From Acinetobacter wanghuae (lineage in GTDB: Bacteria; Pseudomonadota; Gammaproteobacteria; Pseudomonadales; Moraxellaceae), in the NCBI RefSeq assembly GCF_009557235.1, contig NZ_CP045650.1, positions 1,860,001-1,892,000 of the forward strand: 32,000 nt of DNA, written 5' to 3'. Below are positions 10,105 through 19,716 of the stretch, piece by piece. The notes beneath the pieces were generated by a model. The model saw nothing but the letters and a program-made list of their open reading frames with translations. It was not told the DNA's origin and ran no database searches. The translations under genes were made by a program, and so were the position numbers. The first letter of the stretch is position 1. Each line of letters opens with the position of its first letter.

Positions 10105-10132
10105 AAAAAAACGAGCCGAAGCTCGTTTTTTG
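10105..10132. terminator. bidirectional rho-independent terminator between the FadL-like gene and carO
   Basis: A-run, stem ACGAGC (10111-10116), loop CGAA, stem GCTCGT (10121-10126), T-run. It is symmetric, so it can terminate both convergent genes. Confidence 0.8.
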
Positions 10133-10144
10133 TTTAACCTAATC

Positions 10145-10888
10145 TTAGAAGCGGAAACTTACACCTAGTTTCGCCACAGGAAGCCATTCATACTCGTTAT
10201 CATTACGAATTTTGTCTTCTTCATTACGCAAAGCAGTATCAAAATCTGGCACATCCGGATTGCCACTATCTAATGCGACAAAATTGCTAGTAGATGATAA
10301 ATTTGCGCGTGGGTTACCATTGTAGTAAGCCCCGACTTCACCAAAAACCCCCCAACGATTAGTAATTGCTGGAGAGAAACCAATACCGACATATGGTGCA
10401 ATATCATTTTTATAAGATAAATTACCTGTTACACGTCCTGTAGTACTTCCTACAGTTTGATATCTATTTCCGTCCACACTGATTGTACCATCAGCGCCTG
10501 TACGACTTTCTAACCCATAATCATTGTCAATATAGCCAACACCTGCAGCCATATAGAACCAGTTTGCCCATGGACGAATCTCAGCATTTAAATAAGCAAG
10601 CTTATTGTCCATATCAAGATCGTATTTAGTGCCATTCACTGAAATATCATCTGACCAAGAAATATCACCACCGTTATAACCGAGTGTTACCCCAACATAT
10701 GGATTTACATTCCATGAGATTGCACCACCATAACCTGTAGTACCGACTTCAGCACGTACCGCAGCAGGTTTAAAGAAAGAGAATGATGCAACACCCTCAT
10801 CCGTTACAATCACTTCGTCAGCAGCCATAACAGAACTTGCGGCAGCAGCTAAGACTGAGATTGCTAAAATTTTGTGTACAGATTTCAT
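10145..10888 (-). CDS. carO: CarO-type outer-membrane channel (carbapenem-associated OMP family)
   Basis: 247 aa with a signal peptide (SSVMA/ADE). Blocks RAEVGTTGYGGA, NPYVGVTLGYNGGDISWSDDISVNGTKYDLDMDN, YLNAEIRPW, SYKNDIAPYVG, WGVFGEVGAYYNGNP and IRNDNEYEWLPV match my recollection of A. baumannii CarO. Terminal F. Confidence 0.85.
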   Translation of the reverse strand: MKSVHKILAISVLAAAASSVMAADEVIVTDEGVASFSFFKPAAVRAEVGTTGYGGAISWNVNPYVGVTLGYNGGDISWSDDISVNGTKYDLDMDNKLAYLNAEIRPWANWFYMAAGVGYIDNDYGLESRTGADGTISVDGNRYQTVGSTTGRVTGNLSYKNDIAPYVGIGFSPAITNRWGVFGEVGAYYNGNPRANLSSTSNFVALDSGNPDVPDFDTALRNEEDKIRNDNEYEWLPVAKLGVSFRF

Positions 10889-11246
10889 GTTTTTCTCCTC
10901 AAAAAATTTAATTTTTTACATTCTTACTTTTGTAATGAGAGTGATGTTAAACCACAACATGATCACGTTTTATTCGTTTTTTGCTCACTTTTTGTTATTT
11001 TTTGATACAAATACAATTAACGATTGATTCTCTGCACATTTTTATATCTCGGAATGACAGGAATAACGATATTTTATCATTCATCTTTTCTTTTCATTTT
11101 GGCTTATGGAAATTCCCAATCCTTTAACATCCTTATGCATTTAGGGTATGCAAATTCAGAATTAATTGATTTTATCTTACTCATGATGGCTATTCTTAGC
11201 TCAATATAGTGTAAAATCTGTGAAAATTTTTTCAGGAAGGAAGATC

Positions 11247-12068
11247 ATGTCTCAGCTTTCAACAATCATTGAACAAGCGTTTGAAGACCGTGCTAATTTC
11301 ACTGCTGCAGACTGTTCTGTAGAAATTCGCCAAGCAGTTGAGGAAGTAATTGCTGGCCTCGATAACGGCTCACTTCGTGTTGCTGAAAAAATCGAAGGTG
11401 AATGGGTTGTTCATCAATGGATTAAAAAAGCAGTATTGTTATCTTTCAAATTGAATGACAACAAACCAATTGAGTCATGTGACCTTCAATTCTACGATAA
11501 AGTCGATACTAAATTCACAGGTTGGACTGAAGAACAGTTTAAAGCGGCGGGTGTACGTGTTGTACCACCTGCTGTGGCACGTAAAGGTTCTTTCCAAGCA
11601 AAAGGCGTGATCTTGATGCCTTCTTATGTCAACATTGGTGCTTATGTCGATGAAGGTACAATGGTTGACACTTGGGCAACTGTTGGTTCATGTGCACAAA
11701 TCGGTAAAAATGTTCATTTATCTGGTGGTGTTGGTATTGGTGGTGTTCTTGAACCACTTCAAGCAAACCCAACCATCATTGAAGATAACTGTTTCATCGG
11801 TGCACGTTCTGAAATCGTTGAAGGTGTAATCGTTGAAGAAGGTTCTGTGATTTCAATGGGCGTATTTATTGGTCAATCGACTAAAATTTATGACCGTGCA
11901 ACTGGCGAGATCCATTACGGCCGTGTTCCTGCGGGTTCTGTAGTTGTTGCGGGTAGCCTTCCATCGAAATGCGGCACTTACAGCTTATATGCTGCGATTA
12001 TTGTGAAAAAAGTTGATGCGAAAACACGTTCTAAAACAAGCTTGAACGATTTATTACGCGAAGACTAA
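11247..12068 (+). CDS. dapD: 2,3,4,5-tetrahydropyridine-2,6-dicarboxylate N-succinyltransferase
   Basis: The ORF is open from GTG 11220. ATG 11247 is preceded by an AGGAAGGAAG RBS and gives [15 protein letters not shown], a typical DapD N-terminus. Left-handed beta-helix hexapeptide repeats in the C-terminal half. Confidence 0.9.
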   Translation: MSQLSTIIEQAFEDRANFTAADCSVEIRQAVEEVIAGLDNGSLRVAEKIEGEWVVHQWIKKAVLLSFKLNDNKPIESCDLQFYDKVDTKFTGWTEEQFKAAGVRVVPPAVARKGSFQAKGVILMPSYVNIGAYVDEGTMVDTWATVGSCAQIGKNVHLSGGVGIGGVLEPLQANPTIIEDNCFIGARSEIVEGVIVEEGSVISMGVFIGQSTKIYDRATGEIHYGRVPAGSVVVAGSLPSKCGTYSLYAAIIVKKVDAKTRSKTSLNDLLRED

Positions 12069-12123
12069 GTCTACATTTATTCGGAATATTTATATTCCTC
12101 GGAGCGTTCATCGCTCCTCGTCT

Positions 12124-12159
12124 CTACGGTCAAGTCTGATCGTAGGGATTTTTGTTTTT
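12124..12159 (+). terminator. rho-independent terminator after dapD
   Basis: Stem CTACGGTCA (12124-12132) pairs with TGATCGTAG (12137-12145) with one G-U pair and loop AGTC, followed by TTTTTGTTTTT. Two shorter hairpins precede it at 12083-12098 and 12101-12117. Confidence 0.6.
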
Positions 12160-12176
12160 ATGCCCTATCATTTGTT

Positions 12177-12902
12177 TTGGTTAAATTTGTTATGAATACG
12201 CTCCGATCTTCCGCTATTCCTGTTTCTGATCCGTCTGCGGGGTTACGCATTACGGAGATTTTCTATTCATTGCAAGGTGAAGCCAATACGGCAGGTTTAC
12301 CGACTGTTTTTATTCGTTTGACGGGCTGTCCTTTACGTTGTACATACTGTGACACAACCTATTCTTTTGAAGGTGGCGAACGTCAGTCACTCGATCAGAT
12401 TATTCAAACCACTTTAGATTTTAAAACGCCTTATGTGTGCGTGACCGGTGGTGAGCCTCTTGCTCAACCAAATGCAATTCCTTTAATGCAACGATTAGCC
12501 GACTTAGGCTGCGAAGTATCCCTTGAGACCAGTGGTGCTTTAGATGTGTCTAAGGTTGATTCACGTGTCTCGAAAGTTTTAGACTTAAAAACCCCAACTT
12601 CAGGTGAAGTTGCACGAAACTTGCTTAGTAATTTTGAACATCTCACTCAACATGACCAAATCAAATTCGTGATTTGTAACCGTGAAGATTATGAATGGTC
12701 AAAACAGCAAGTGGCTGAATATGCGTTACATGAGAAAGTCAGCACTGTGTGGTTCTCACCTGCGTTTGCTGTGGAAAAAGGTGCAGCACGTCTGCCACAA
12801 TTGGCACGTGATTTAGCACAATGGATTTTAGAAGACCATCTCCCTGTTCGTTTCCAATTACAACTGCATAAGTTGTTATGGAATGATGAAACTGGTCGTT
12901 AA
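12177..12902 (+). CDS. queE: 7-carboxy-7-deazaguanine synthase (radical SAM)
   Basis: FYSLQGE motif and a CPLRCTYCDT (Cx3Cx2C) cluster. It is next to queC. The start is uncertain: TTG 12177 or ATG 12192. Confidence 0.85.
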   Translation: MVKFVMNTLRSSAIPVSDPSAGLRITEIFYSLQGEANTAGLPTVFIRLTGCPLRCTYCDTTYSFEGGERQSLDQIIQTTLDFKTPYVCVTGGEPLAQPNAIPLMQRLADLGCEVSLETSGALDVSKVDSRVSKVLDLKTPTSGEVARNLLSNFEHLTQHDQIKFVICNREDYEWSKQQVAEYALHEKVSTVWFSPAFAVEKGAARLPQLARDLAQWILEDHLPVRFQLQLHKLLWNDETGR

Positions 12903-12932
12903 TTTTTTTATCAATATTTTGGAGTAAGCACT

Positions 12933-13604
12933 ATGCGCCCTCGTGCCATTGTCTTGTTATCTGGCGGATTAGACTCAACAACTTGTTTAGCTTGGGCGCA
13001 AGCACGTTATGAATGTATCGCGTTAAGTTTCATGTACGGACAACGCTCAACGACCGAGCTTGATGCTGCACGCGCACTGACCCAACGTGCAGGTGTTGAA
13101 CACCGTGTGATTAATATTGATTTAGGTAATTTGGGTGGCTCTGCGTTAACCGATCACAATATTGATGTACCTGATCACGAACAAGCGGGTATTCCCATTA
13201 CTTACGTCCCTGCGCGTAATACGATTTTCTTATCGTATGCACTAGCAGCTGCTGAAGTGTTTGATGCAACTGCGATTGTGATTGGCATTAACGCCGTCGA
13301 TTATTCTGGTTATCCAGACTGTCGTCCTGAGTTTATTGATGCCTTTGAACGCATGGCACGCCTTGCAACGAAAGTCGGCGTCGAAGGTAAACCACTTAAA
13401 TTTGAAACACCTCTGTTACATTTATCCAAAGCAAATATTATTCGCTTAGGCCTAGAACATGGCGTAGACTACAGTCAAACAGTCTCTTGCTACCAAGCAG
13501 ATGACCAAGGACGTGCTTGTGGCACATGCGACAGCTGCCGTTTACGCAAACAAGGTTTTGCTGACGCAGAGGTTGCAGATCCAACACGTTACGTACCGCA
13601 ATAA
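12933..13604 (+). CDS. queC: 7-cyano-7-deazaguanine synthase
   Basis: PP-loop LLSGGLDST and a C-terminal Zn cysteine cluster (CYQ...[10 protein letters not shown]). 223 aa. Confidence 0.92.
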   Translation: MRPRAIVLLSGGLDSTTCLAWAQARYECIALSFMYGQRSTTELDAARALTQRAGVEHRVINIDLGNLGGSALTDHNIDVPDHEQAGIPITYVPARNTIFLSYALAAAEVFDATAIVIGINAVDYSGYPDCRPEFIDAFERMARLATKVGVEGKPLKFETPLLHLSKANIIRLGLEHGVDYSQTVSCYQADDQGRACGTCDSCRLRKQGFADAEVADPTRYVPQ

Positions 13605-13617
13605 CTAGGTAGGGTTT

Positions 13618-14022
13618 ATGAAAAATTTAAAATCAAACATCATTCTTTCAGCTTTAGTTTCTGCAGCGGCTTTATTTGCAAGCACAGCGCATGCAGATAA
13701 TGAAAAATTGCAACAAGCGTATAAAAGTAGCAATGTAAAAGCGGGTTTGATTAATGTTTGTAAAAGTGAAACTGGCAAAGGTAATAAATTGACTGCTGCT
13801 GAAGTTTCAAAATACTGTACATGTGCCGTTGAAGCAGATGGTCGTTTGACCAATGCACAAAAATGGGAAATCCAAAGTACCATTAACCAAAAGAAAAGCC
13901 CTGCAACTTTAGCCTTTGTACAAAAGCAAAATAAAGATTTGCAAGCATGTTTTGGTCCTCAGCTCACAGGTAAACTTAAAACCTTGACTGAAGCTGCAAT
14001 GAAAGCAAACCCAGCGAAATAA
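13618..14022 (+). CDS. small exported protein of unknown function (four mature-region Cys)
   Basis: 134 aa with a Sec signal peptide (ALFASTAHA/DN). Lys-rich mature part with Cys at CKSE, a CTC pair and QAC. It starts 13 nt after the queC stop. Confidence 0.6.
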   Translation: MKNLKSNIILSALVSAAALFASTAHADNEKLQQAYKSSNVKAGLINVCKSETGKGNKLTAAEVSKYCTCAVEADGRLTNAQKWEIQSTINQKKSPATLAFVQKQNKDLQACFGPQLTGKLKTLTEAAMKANPAK

Positions 14023-14044
14023 TAACTTTGCTTTGCCTCAAAAA

Positions 14045-14071
14045 AGCCTGCTGTAATGCAGGCTTTTTTTT
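14045..14071 (+). terminator. rho-independent terminator
   Basis: Stem AGCCTGC (14045-14051) pairs with GCAGGCT (14058-14064), followed by T7+. Confidence 0.8.
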
Positions 14072-14189
14072 ATTCTTTTTTTAAATCTCAATACCTTTTA
14101 ATGGCAGCTTTAAAAAATTCTCGTCCAATACATGACAAATTGAGTATGATGTTTTCATTGTAAAATATGCTTTAAATAAAGGAATTATC

Positions 14190-14645
14190 ATGTCTGAATT
14201 AAACTTAATCAATCACACTTTCCCGATGACACAAGGTGAAGTAAATTTAGCTGAACATTCGAGTGAATGGTTAATTGTTTATTTTTATCCTAAAGATTCA
14301 ACACCTGGCTGCACCACACAAGCCATCGGCTTTTCTTGCTTAAAAGATCAGTTTGATGCTTTAAATACGACGATTTTTGGTGTTTCGCGTGATTCAGTGA
14401 AAGCCCATCAAAACTTTACCACCAAACAAAATCTGACCATTGATCTGATCAGTGATAAAGAAGAAATCTTGTGTAAACACTTTGATGTGATTAAAGAAAA
14501 AAATATGTATGGCAAACAAGTCATGGGCATTGAGCGCTCAACCTTTATTTTCCATAACGGCACACTCGTCAAAGAATACCGTAAAGTAAAAGCGGCGGGT
14601 CATGCTGAACAAGTCCTTGAAGATCTAAAAGCACTTCAAGCCTAA
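14190..14645 (+). CDS. bcp: thiol peroxidase / peroxiredoxin Bcp
   Basis: The FYPKDSTPGCTTQA peroxidatic-Cys motif. 151 aa, AhpC/TSA fold. Confidence 0.88.
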   Translation: MSELNLINHTFPMTQGEVNLAEHSSEWLIVYFYPKDSTPGCTTQAIGFSCLKDQFDALNTTIFGVSRDSVKAHQNFTTKQNLTIDLISDKEEILCKHFDVIKEKNMYGKQVMGIERSTFIFHNGTLVKEYRKVKAAGHAEQVLEDLKALQA

Positions 14646-14701
14646 AACCATCTTCGTTGCTGTGAAAAGCCTGATTGAATTCGGGCTTTTTATTTTTACT
14701 A

Positions 14702-15307
14702 TTACAAGATTAAACTGAGCGCGATCCACCACATCACAAAAGCAATTAGAACATCAAGAACTTGCCATGCTCGTGGGGTTTTAAACACAGGCAATAAAAG
14801 GCGTGAAGCATAACCCAATATAAAAAAGAAACTAAAAGATGCGGTGATTGCACCTAAAGCAAAATATAGCTTATCTTGTGCAAATTGCACAGAAATCGAA
14901 CCCAATAAAACGACCGTATCTAAATACACATGCGGATTAAGCCATGTAAATGCTAAACATAAGCCCAGTGTTTTCATCAGTGAAATATCTTGTGCTACGT
15001 CTACATTAAAGCGCTCTGCGTTCTTGAATGCACTTTTGATATGTAAGGCACCATAGGCGAATAAAAAGATGGCACCGATGATTTTAGCAATTTCAGTCAT
15101 CATGGGATGCTGTAAAATCAGTGAGCCAAAACCCATCACCCCAGCCAAAATCAAAATCGCGTCTGAAACAGCACAGACCAAACACACCCAAAATACATAC
15201 TGCTTTTTCAGACCTTGTTTTAGTACAAACGTATTTTGCGCCCCAATCGGTAAGATCAGACTCAAACCCACTAAAAAGCCATGTAGCAGACTATTCAAAA
15301 TCACCAT
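14702..15307 (-). CDS. argO: LysE-family basic amino-acid exporter (ArgO-like)
   Basis: Six-TM LysE family with LILPIGAQNTFVLKQG and FTWLNPHVYLDTVVLLG matching ArgO-type motifs. The ORF is open to 15352, but Met16 (15307) aligns with the ArgO N-terminus. Confidence 0.8.
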   Translation of the reverse strand: MVILNSLLHGFLVGLSLILPIGAQNTFVLKQGLKKQYVFWVCLVCAVSDAILILAGVMGFGSLILQHPMMTEIAKIIGAIFLFAYGALHIKSAFKNAERFNVDVAQDISLMKTLGLCLAFTWLNPHVYLDTVVLLGSISVQFAQDKLYFALGAITASFSFFFILGYASRLLLPVFKTPRAWQVLDVLIAFVMWWIALSLIL

Positions 15308-15411
15308 ATTCTCGACACTTGTAAAACTGTGGGAAATTATGACAGTCTTCACTTCAAATTAAGTATGATTCAATAAATATCAATATAACTAAATTTTTCT
15401 TAGGTAGATGT

Positions 15412-16314
15412 ATGTTATCGAGTAAATCATGTGAGGCTTTTTTGGCAGTTGCAGAAACGGGAAGTTTTGATGAGGCAGCCAAAGTACTGTGCTTAACTGC
15501 TTCAGCGGTGACATTACGTGTACAAGCTTTAGAAAAAGATTTGGGACAGGTTTTATTATTACGTGAACGTCCTTGCCGTGTTACCCAAACGGGTCAACAG
15601 CTTCTAGAACATTTACAACATCAACGTTTAAGCGAGCATCATTTAATACAAAGCCTACAAGGTCAAAGCCAAGCCCATTATTTTCAACAATTTAATATTG
15701 CCACCAATGCCGATTCACTTTCGACATGGTTGCTCCATGTTTTACAACACGTCCTTATTACTGAAAAAGTTGCCATTAAGTTTTTAATTGATGATCAAAC
15801 CCAAACCCATCAATTGCTTGAAACAGGTCGTGTGAATGCGTGTATATCGACTGAAAAGAGAGCTATGAAAGGCTGTGAAGCCCATTTGATCGGACAAATG
15901 CATTATCGAATGGTTGCCACACCTGAATTTGCCCATCAATGGTTTAAAGATGGCATTGATCGAGAAAAACTCAGACAGATTCCCGCAATCATTTTCAACG
16001 ATAGAGATTTATTACATCATCAAGTGATTTTAAAATTATTTGGTCTAAATCAACAAAGTTATCCTCATTACTTTGTGCCATCATCGTCTGCTTTTGCTGA
16101 TGCAATTCATTTAGGTCTAGGCTTTGGCCTATTGCCTGACGATCAAATTGGGACTCATATCGATACAGGAAAACTCATTGAAGTGATGCCAAAGGCAAGT
16201 ACAGCAATGCAACTGTATTGGCATCACTGGAAACAACAAGCACCTGCATTAGAGAAAATCACACAAGTTTTGCTTACTCAAGCTGCGCAACATTTAGATG
16301 GAGTAAAATCTTAG
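15412..16314 (+). CDS. argP: LysR-type regulator ArgP/IciA-like, divergent from argO
   Basis: 300 aa. wHTH FDEAAKVLCLTASAVTLRVQALEKDLGQVLLLR resembles ArgP. It shows the classic divergent regulator/exporter arrangement. Confidence 0.75.
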   Translation: MLSSKSCEAFLAVAETGSFDEAAKVLCLTASAVTLRVQALEKDLGQVLLLRERPCRVTQTGQQLLEHLQHQRLSEHHLIQSLQGQSQAHYFQQFNIATNADSLSTWLLHVLQHVLITEKVAIKFLIDDQTQTHQLLETGRVNACISTEKRAMKGCEAHLIGQMHYRMVATPEFAHQWFKDGIDREKLRQIPAIIFNDRDLLHHQVILKLFGLNQQSYPHYFVPSSSAFADAIHLGLGFGLLPDDQIGTHIDTGKLIEVMPKASTAMQLYWHHWKQQAPALEKITQVLLTQAAQHLDGVKS

Positions 16315-16330
16315 CCTGAGAAGATGAAGA

Positions 16331-16900
16331 TTACTGCGCATTCCATTGACCGACCAAGTGAATATTCACTTTTTCCCCGACTCCTGCGACCGCTTTTTTC
16401 ATACCGAAGTCAGAGCGGTTGATGACAGTTTTTGAATTTACTTGCAGAACATTTGGATGAGCAACATTTGGTGTTAAGGTGGTCTCAAAGACTACAGGTC
16501 TCGTTACACCGCGCAAGGTCAGATTGCCTAAAATCTGATAGCGGTTGTTGCCTAAGGACTTAAACTGGGTACTTTTAAAATTTACTGTTTTATATCGGGT
16601 GGCATAAAACAGATCTTCGCCCATAATCATATTTTTGAGCGAAGGCTTCGATAGATTTAAGCTGTCCACGTGCATGGTAAATTGGGTGGATGCATTTTGT
16701 AGTGCTTTGGGATCGAATTGCATATTGGCTTTCACTGAGGCGAAGTTACCTTTCACCACCGTCATACCTAACGATTCAATACTAAAACCTACATCACTCC
16801 GTGGACTTAACGACCAACTTTGTGCGTATGCAGCAGAAAGACTAGCGATGCCGAGACATCCTGCAACCGCAATATTCTTAGATACGGCATTCATTTGCAT
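16331..16900 (-). CDS. yceI: YceI-family periplasmic polyisoprenoid-binding protein
   Basis: 189 aa with a signal peptide (SAAYA/QS). YceI-like lipocalin signature (TLRGVTRPV, INRSDFGM). Confidence 0.8.
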   Translation of the reverse strand: MQMNAVSKNIAVAGCLGIASLSAAYAQSWSLSPRSDVGFSIESLGMTVVKGNFASVKANMQFDPKALQNASTQFTMHVDSLNLSKPSLKNMIMGEDLFYATRYKTVNFKSTQFKSLGNNRYQILGNLTLRGVTRPVVFETTLTPNVAHPNVLQVNSKTVINRSDFGMKKAVAGVGEKVNIHLVGQWNAQ

Positions 16901-16939
16901 GCTGTATACTCCTAGAGCAATCAGTGAATACCTATCAAC

Positions 16940-17509
16940 TTAGCTCAAATTACTCGGATCATTGATGGAGAACTTGTGACTCAATTGTTGATAAATCTCA
17001 TTTTCCTGAAACTTTTGTAAGAATTTGATCGTACCCTGTGGGAATTTATCGGTTTGAATTTCACCACGATAATAGGCTTCTCGCATTGGGGTGGCAGACA
17101 ATGCCCCTTCTAAACTTTCTAATTCAACCATTTCCCATTCAGGGAAAAACTTTAAATAATAGGAAGAATCATCTTTAAAATGTCCGATTAGACCGACTTT
17201 TGCATGTGGTTCAACCACGTCATTCACTAAAGATTTGACGAGTTTTTGCCATTTTTCATCGTTATATACATCAATCACATGCACAAACTTAATCCGTGCT
17301 TGATCCTCTTCTGAGAAATTCGAGAGAATCATCTGTTCGCGTTCAACCGCTAAAAATGGGTTTTTGATATTGCGTTCGTTTTGTGCAGAACCGAGTGCCA
17401 AAATCACATGTTGACTGTGCTCAAGTGCAATTTGAATGGTACGCATATGAGCTAAATGAAAAGGCTGAAAGCGACCAATAAAAACCAAATAATCGAAAGT
17501 AGATGTCAT
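16940..17509 (-). CDS. nadM: nicotinamide-nucleotide adenylyltransferase, NadM type
   Basis: FIGRFQPFHLAH nucleotidyltransferase motif right after Met31 of the ORF (MTSTFDYLVF). The 30-codon upstream extension to 17599 lacks similarity and is probably not translated. Confidence 0.75.
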   Translation of the reverse strand: MTSTFDYLVFIGRFQPFHLAHMRTIQIALEHSQHVILALGSAQNERNIKNPFLAVEREQMILSNFSEEDQARIKFVHVIDVYNDEKWQKLVKSLVNDVVEPHAKVGLIGHFKDDSSYYLKFFPEWEMVELESLEGALSATPMREAYYRGEIQTDKFPQGTIKFLQKFQENEIYQQLSHKFSINDPSNLS

Positions 17510-17609
17510 AGCGTATTTTACGTTTATGAACGCATCAGTTACGTCACATCGATTTTTTTGCGACATAATAGCGGGCATAAATTCTAATGAATAAAGCAAG
17601 GATAGTACG

Positions 17610-18410
17610 ATGACACTGAACTGTATTCAACAACCTCATCCACATTTGAATGCGAATTTAGACAATGGCATCCTCACTTTAGCTATTAATCGCCCTGAAG
17701 CTAAAAATGCACTGTATGGTCAATTGTATTTAACTATTGCAAGTGCATTAGATGAAGCCGACCAAAACCCTGATGTTCGTGTCGTGATTTTACGCGGTGA
17801 AAATGCGGACTTTAGTGCTGGCAATGATATGCAAGATTTTATGAAATTCATTCAATCCCCATTGCAAGGTAAAGCCGGTGATACTCCGCCGTTTGTGGTA
17901 CTCAAATCTGCTGCGAAGTTTTCTAAGCCTTTAATTGCGGCTGTGCGCGGTGTCGCGATTGGGATTGGTGTAACCATTTTGCTACATGCCGATTTGGTTT
18001 ATACCGACAATAGCGCGCTGTTCCAAATTCCATTTGTGAGTTTGGGTCTATCGCCTGAAGGTGCTTCAAGTCAATTACTGATTCAACAAGCTGGCTACCA
18101 TAAAGCCGCTGAACTGCTCCTCACCGCGCAAAAATTCAATGCTGAAAAAGCCTTGAGCGCAGGTTTGGTCAATAGCATTGAAGACGATGTCTACGCAGCT
18201 GCACACAAACAAGCACAAATTTTAGCGGCTTTACCTTTGGCATCACTCAAACAAACCAAAGCTTTGATGAAGCATAATTTGCCTGACATTATTGAATGTA
18301 TTGACCATGAAGCGGATATCTTTATGAAGCGCGTTGGCTCACCGGAAATGATGGAAGCCGTGCAAGCATTTATGCAAAAACGTAAACCAGACTTTACACA
18401 ATTTAATTAA
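17610..18410 (+). CDS. enoyl-CoA hydratase/isomerase (crotonase) family protein
   Basis: 266 aa. Crotonase-fold blocks LAINRPEAKNAL, FSAGNDM, KPLIAAVRGVAIGIG. Confidence 0.85.
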   Translation: MTLNCIQQPHPHLNANLDNGILTLAINRPEAKNALYGQLYLTIASALDEADQNPDVRVVILRGENADFSAGNDMQDFMKFIQSPLQGKAGDTPPFVVLKSAAKFSKPLIAAVRGVAIGIGVTILLHADLVYTDNSALFQIPFVSLGLSPEGASSQLLIQQAGYHKAAELLLTAQKFNAEKALSAGLVNSIEDDVYAAAHKQAQILAALPLASLKQTKALMKHNLPDIIECIDHEADIFMKRVGSPEMMEAVQAFMQKRKPDFTQFN

Positions 18411-18428
18411 TTTTTCACTCATTTAAAG

Positions 18429-18458
18429 ATAGGCTACCTCGGTAGCCTATTTGTCTTT
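18429..18458 (+). terminator. rho-independent terminator
   Basis: Stem ATAGGCTAC pairs with GTAGCCTAT (18429-18450) with loop CTCG, followed by TTGTCTTTCT. Confidence 0.65.
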
Positions 18459-18473
18459 CTCCCTATCGAGAGT

Positions 18474-19241
18474 ATGAAAATTATGTCTGATTCATCATCT
18501 ACCCAAAAACGTTATTTTGAAGCCGCACCCACCGATATTGATATTGATAACTTCCGTAAAGTCGTTGAAAGCCGTCGCTCTGTGCGTAAATTTACCGATA
18601 AAACCATTCCAAGTGATGTCTTAGATGCATGCCTTGATTTGGCATTGATGGCACCAAATTCATCTAATTTACAGCCATGGACTTTTTATGTCGTGCAGGA
18701 TACTGCCAAGAAAAAGCAATTGGTTAAAGCATGTTTAGGACAATTAGCTGCGAAAACAGCGGCTGAACTGATTGTCTGCGTTGCACGTACAGACCGCATC
18801 AATGATATGGCAAAACGTAATATTTCAGAATTCCCGTTTGCTGAAGTACCGCCCATGATTCAGAAATATTACAAATTCATCCCGTACAACTATATGACAG
18901 GTTACTTCAATACAGTGGGTAACTTTAAGAAAGTTGCTTTCAAAGTTGCACGTACACTTGATAAGCAATTGCCCGTGACTGCATTTAACCCCGCGGATGC
19001 CAAATTATGGGCGAGTAAAACCACGGCACTTGCTTGTGAGAACCTCGTTTTAGCTTTACGCGCTTATGGCTTTGACAGTTGTATGATGGAAGGTTTTGAT
19101 GAGCCTTTAGTCAAAAAATTATTGCAGCTCAACGATCAACAGCATGTAGTAATGGTCATTGGTGCAGGTGAACGTGCCGAAGATGGCGTTTTCTTCCCAC
19201 AATATCGTTTTGATCGTGACTTATTTGTGCAGAAGGTTTAA
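18474..19241 (+). CDS. nitroreductase-family flavoprotein
   Basis: 255 aa. RRSVRKFTDK and APNSSNLQPW are nitroreductase-fold signatures. Confidence 0.8.
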   Translation: MKIMSDSSSTQKRYFEAAPTDIDIDNFRKVVESRRSVRKFTDKTIPSDVLDACLDLALMAPNSSNLQPWTFYVVQDTAKKKQLVKACLGQLAAKTAAELIVCVARTDRINDMAKRNISEFPFAEVPPMIQKYYKFIPYNYMTGYFNTVGNFKKVAFKVARTLDKQLPVTAFNPADAKLWASKTTALACENLVLALRAYGFDSCMMEGFDEPLVKKLLQLNDQQHVVMVIGAGERAEDGVFFPQYRFDRDLFVQKV

Positions 19242-19247
19242 CAGCTT

Positions 19248-19568
19248 TTAAAGTGCATTTAGATCCAAAATTTGAATAAATTCGAAAGCAGGTTCTTCAT
19301 AAGGATGCGCCTGCTGTAAAGCCTGTGCTACAGCGCGGGCTTTATCATTGCCTACAATCGTTTCTACACGCCACTCAGGAATTTGTTCTAAAGTTTCAAG
19401 TTCACCGATAAATGGATTTGCACCTTTTACAGGTTTGAACTGCCCTGTGCCTAGTACTTGCCAAGCACAATGCTCATAGTTGCCTATGCCACCTGCCCCT
19501 GCTGCAAAGATGGCTTGTTTGGTTGATTCAAGATGAGATTCGGGAACGTAATAAATGAGTTTGAGCAT
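19248..19568 (-). CDS. small NIF3/YqfO C-terminal-like (COG3323, PII-like fold) protein
   Basis: 106 aa. LIYYVPESHLE...AGAGGIGNYEHCAWQ...G.FKP..GANPFIG...E.R.E resembles the stand-alone COG3323 family. Confidence 0.6.
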   Translation of the reverse strand: MLKLIYYVPESHLESTKQAIFAAGAGGIGNYEHCAWQVLGTGQFKPVKGANPFIGELETLEQIPEWRVETIVGNDKARAVAQALQQAHPYEEPAFEFIQILDLNAL

Positions 19569-19716
19569 TTTGATTCCTAGACAATCTTCATTAGATAATC
19601 ATACGCTAATACATGCAAAATCTTGGAAAGTTATGACTTAATTCATGTATTCAAGAAATAAAAAATTCTCTTCAAATATCTTATAAAATCAATAAATTCA
19701 GAATGAAATAATGACC

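Noticed and set aside
11024-11209. 61-aa hydrophobic ORF in the carO-dapD intergenic region.
   Set aside because: It starts at TTG without an RBS, in very AT-rich DNA where F/I/L-rich ORFs arise by chance. The region is more plausibly promoter DNA.
12069-12191. A possible preQ1 riboswitch upstream of queE.
   Set aside because: The hairpins here are followed by a T-run directly after dapD and read as a dapD 3'-UTR and terminator. I find no preQ1-I-like small hairpin with the A-rich ...AAAAAACUA tail adjacent to the queE start.
14844-15362. Plus-strand ORFs antisense to argO (14844-15056, 15069-15362, 15121-15324).
   Set aside because: These are shadow frames of a membrane-protein gene with no independent support.
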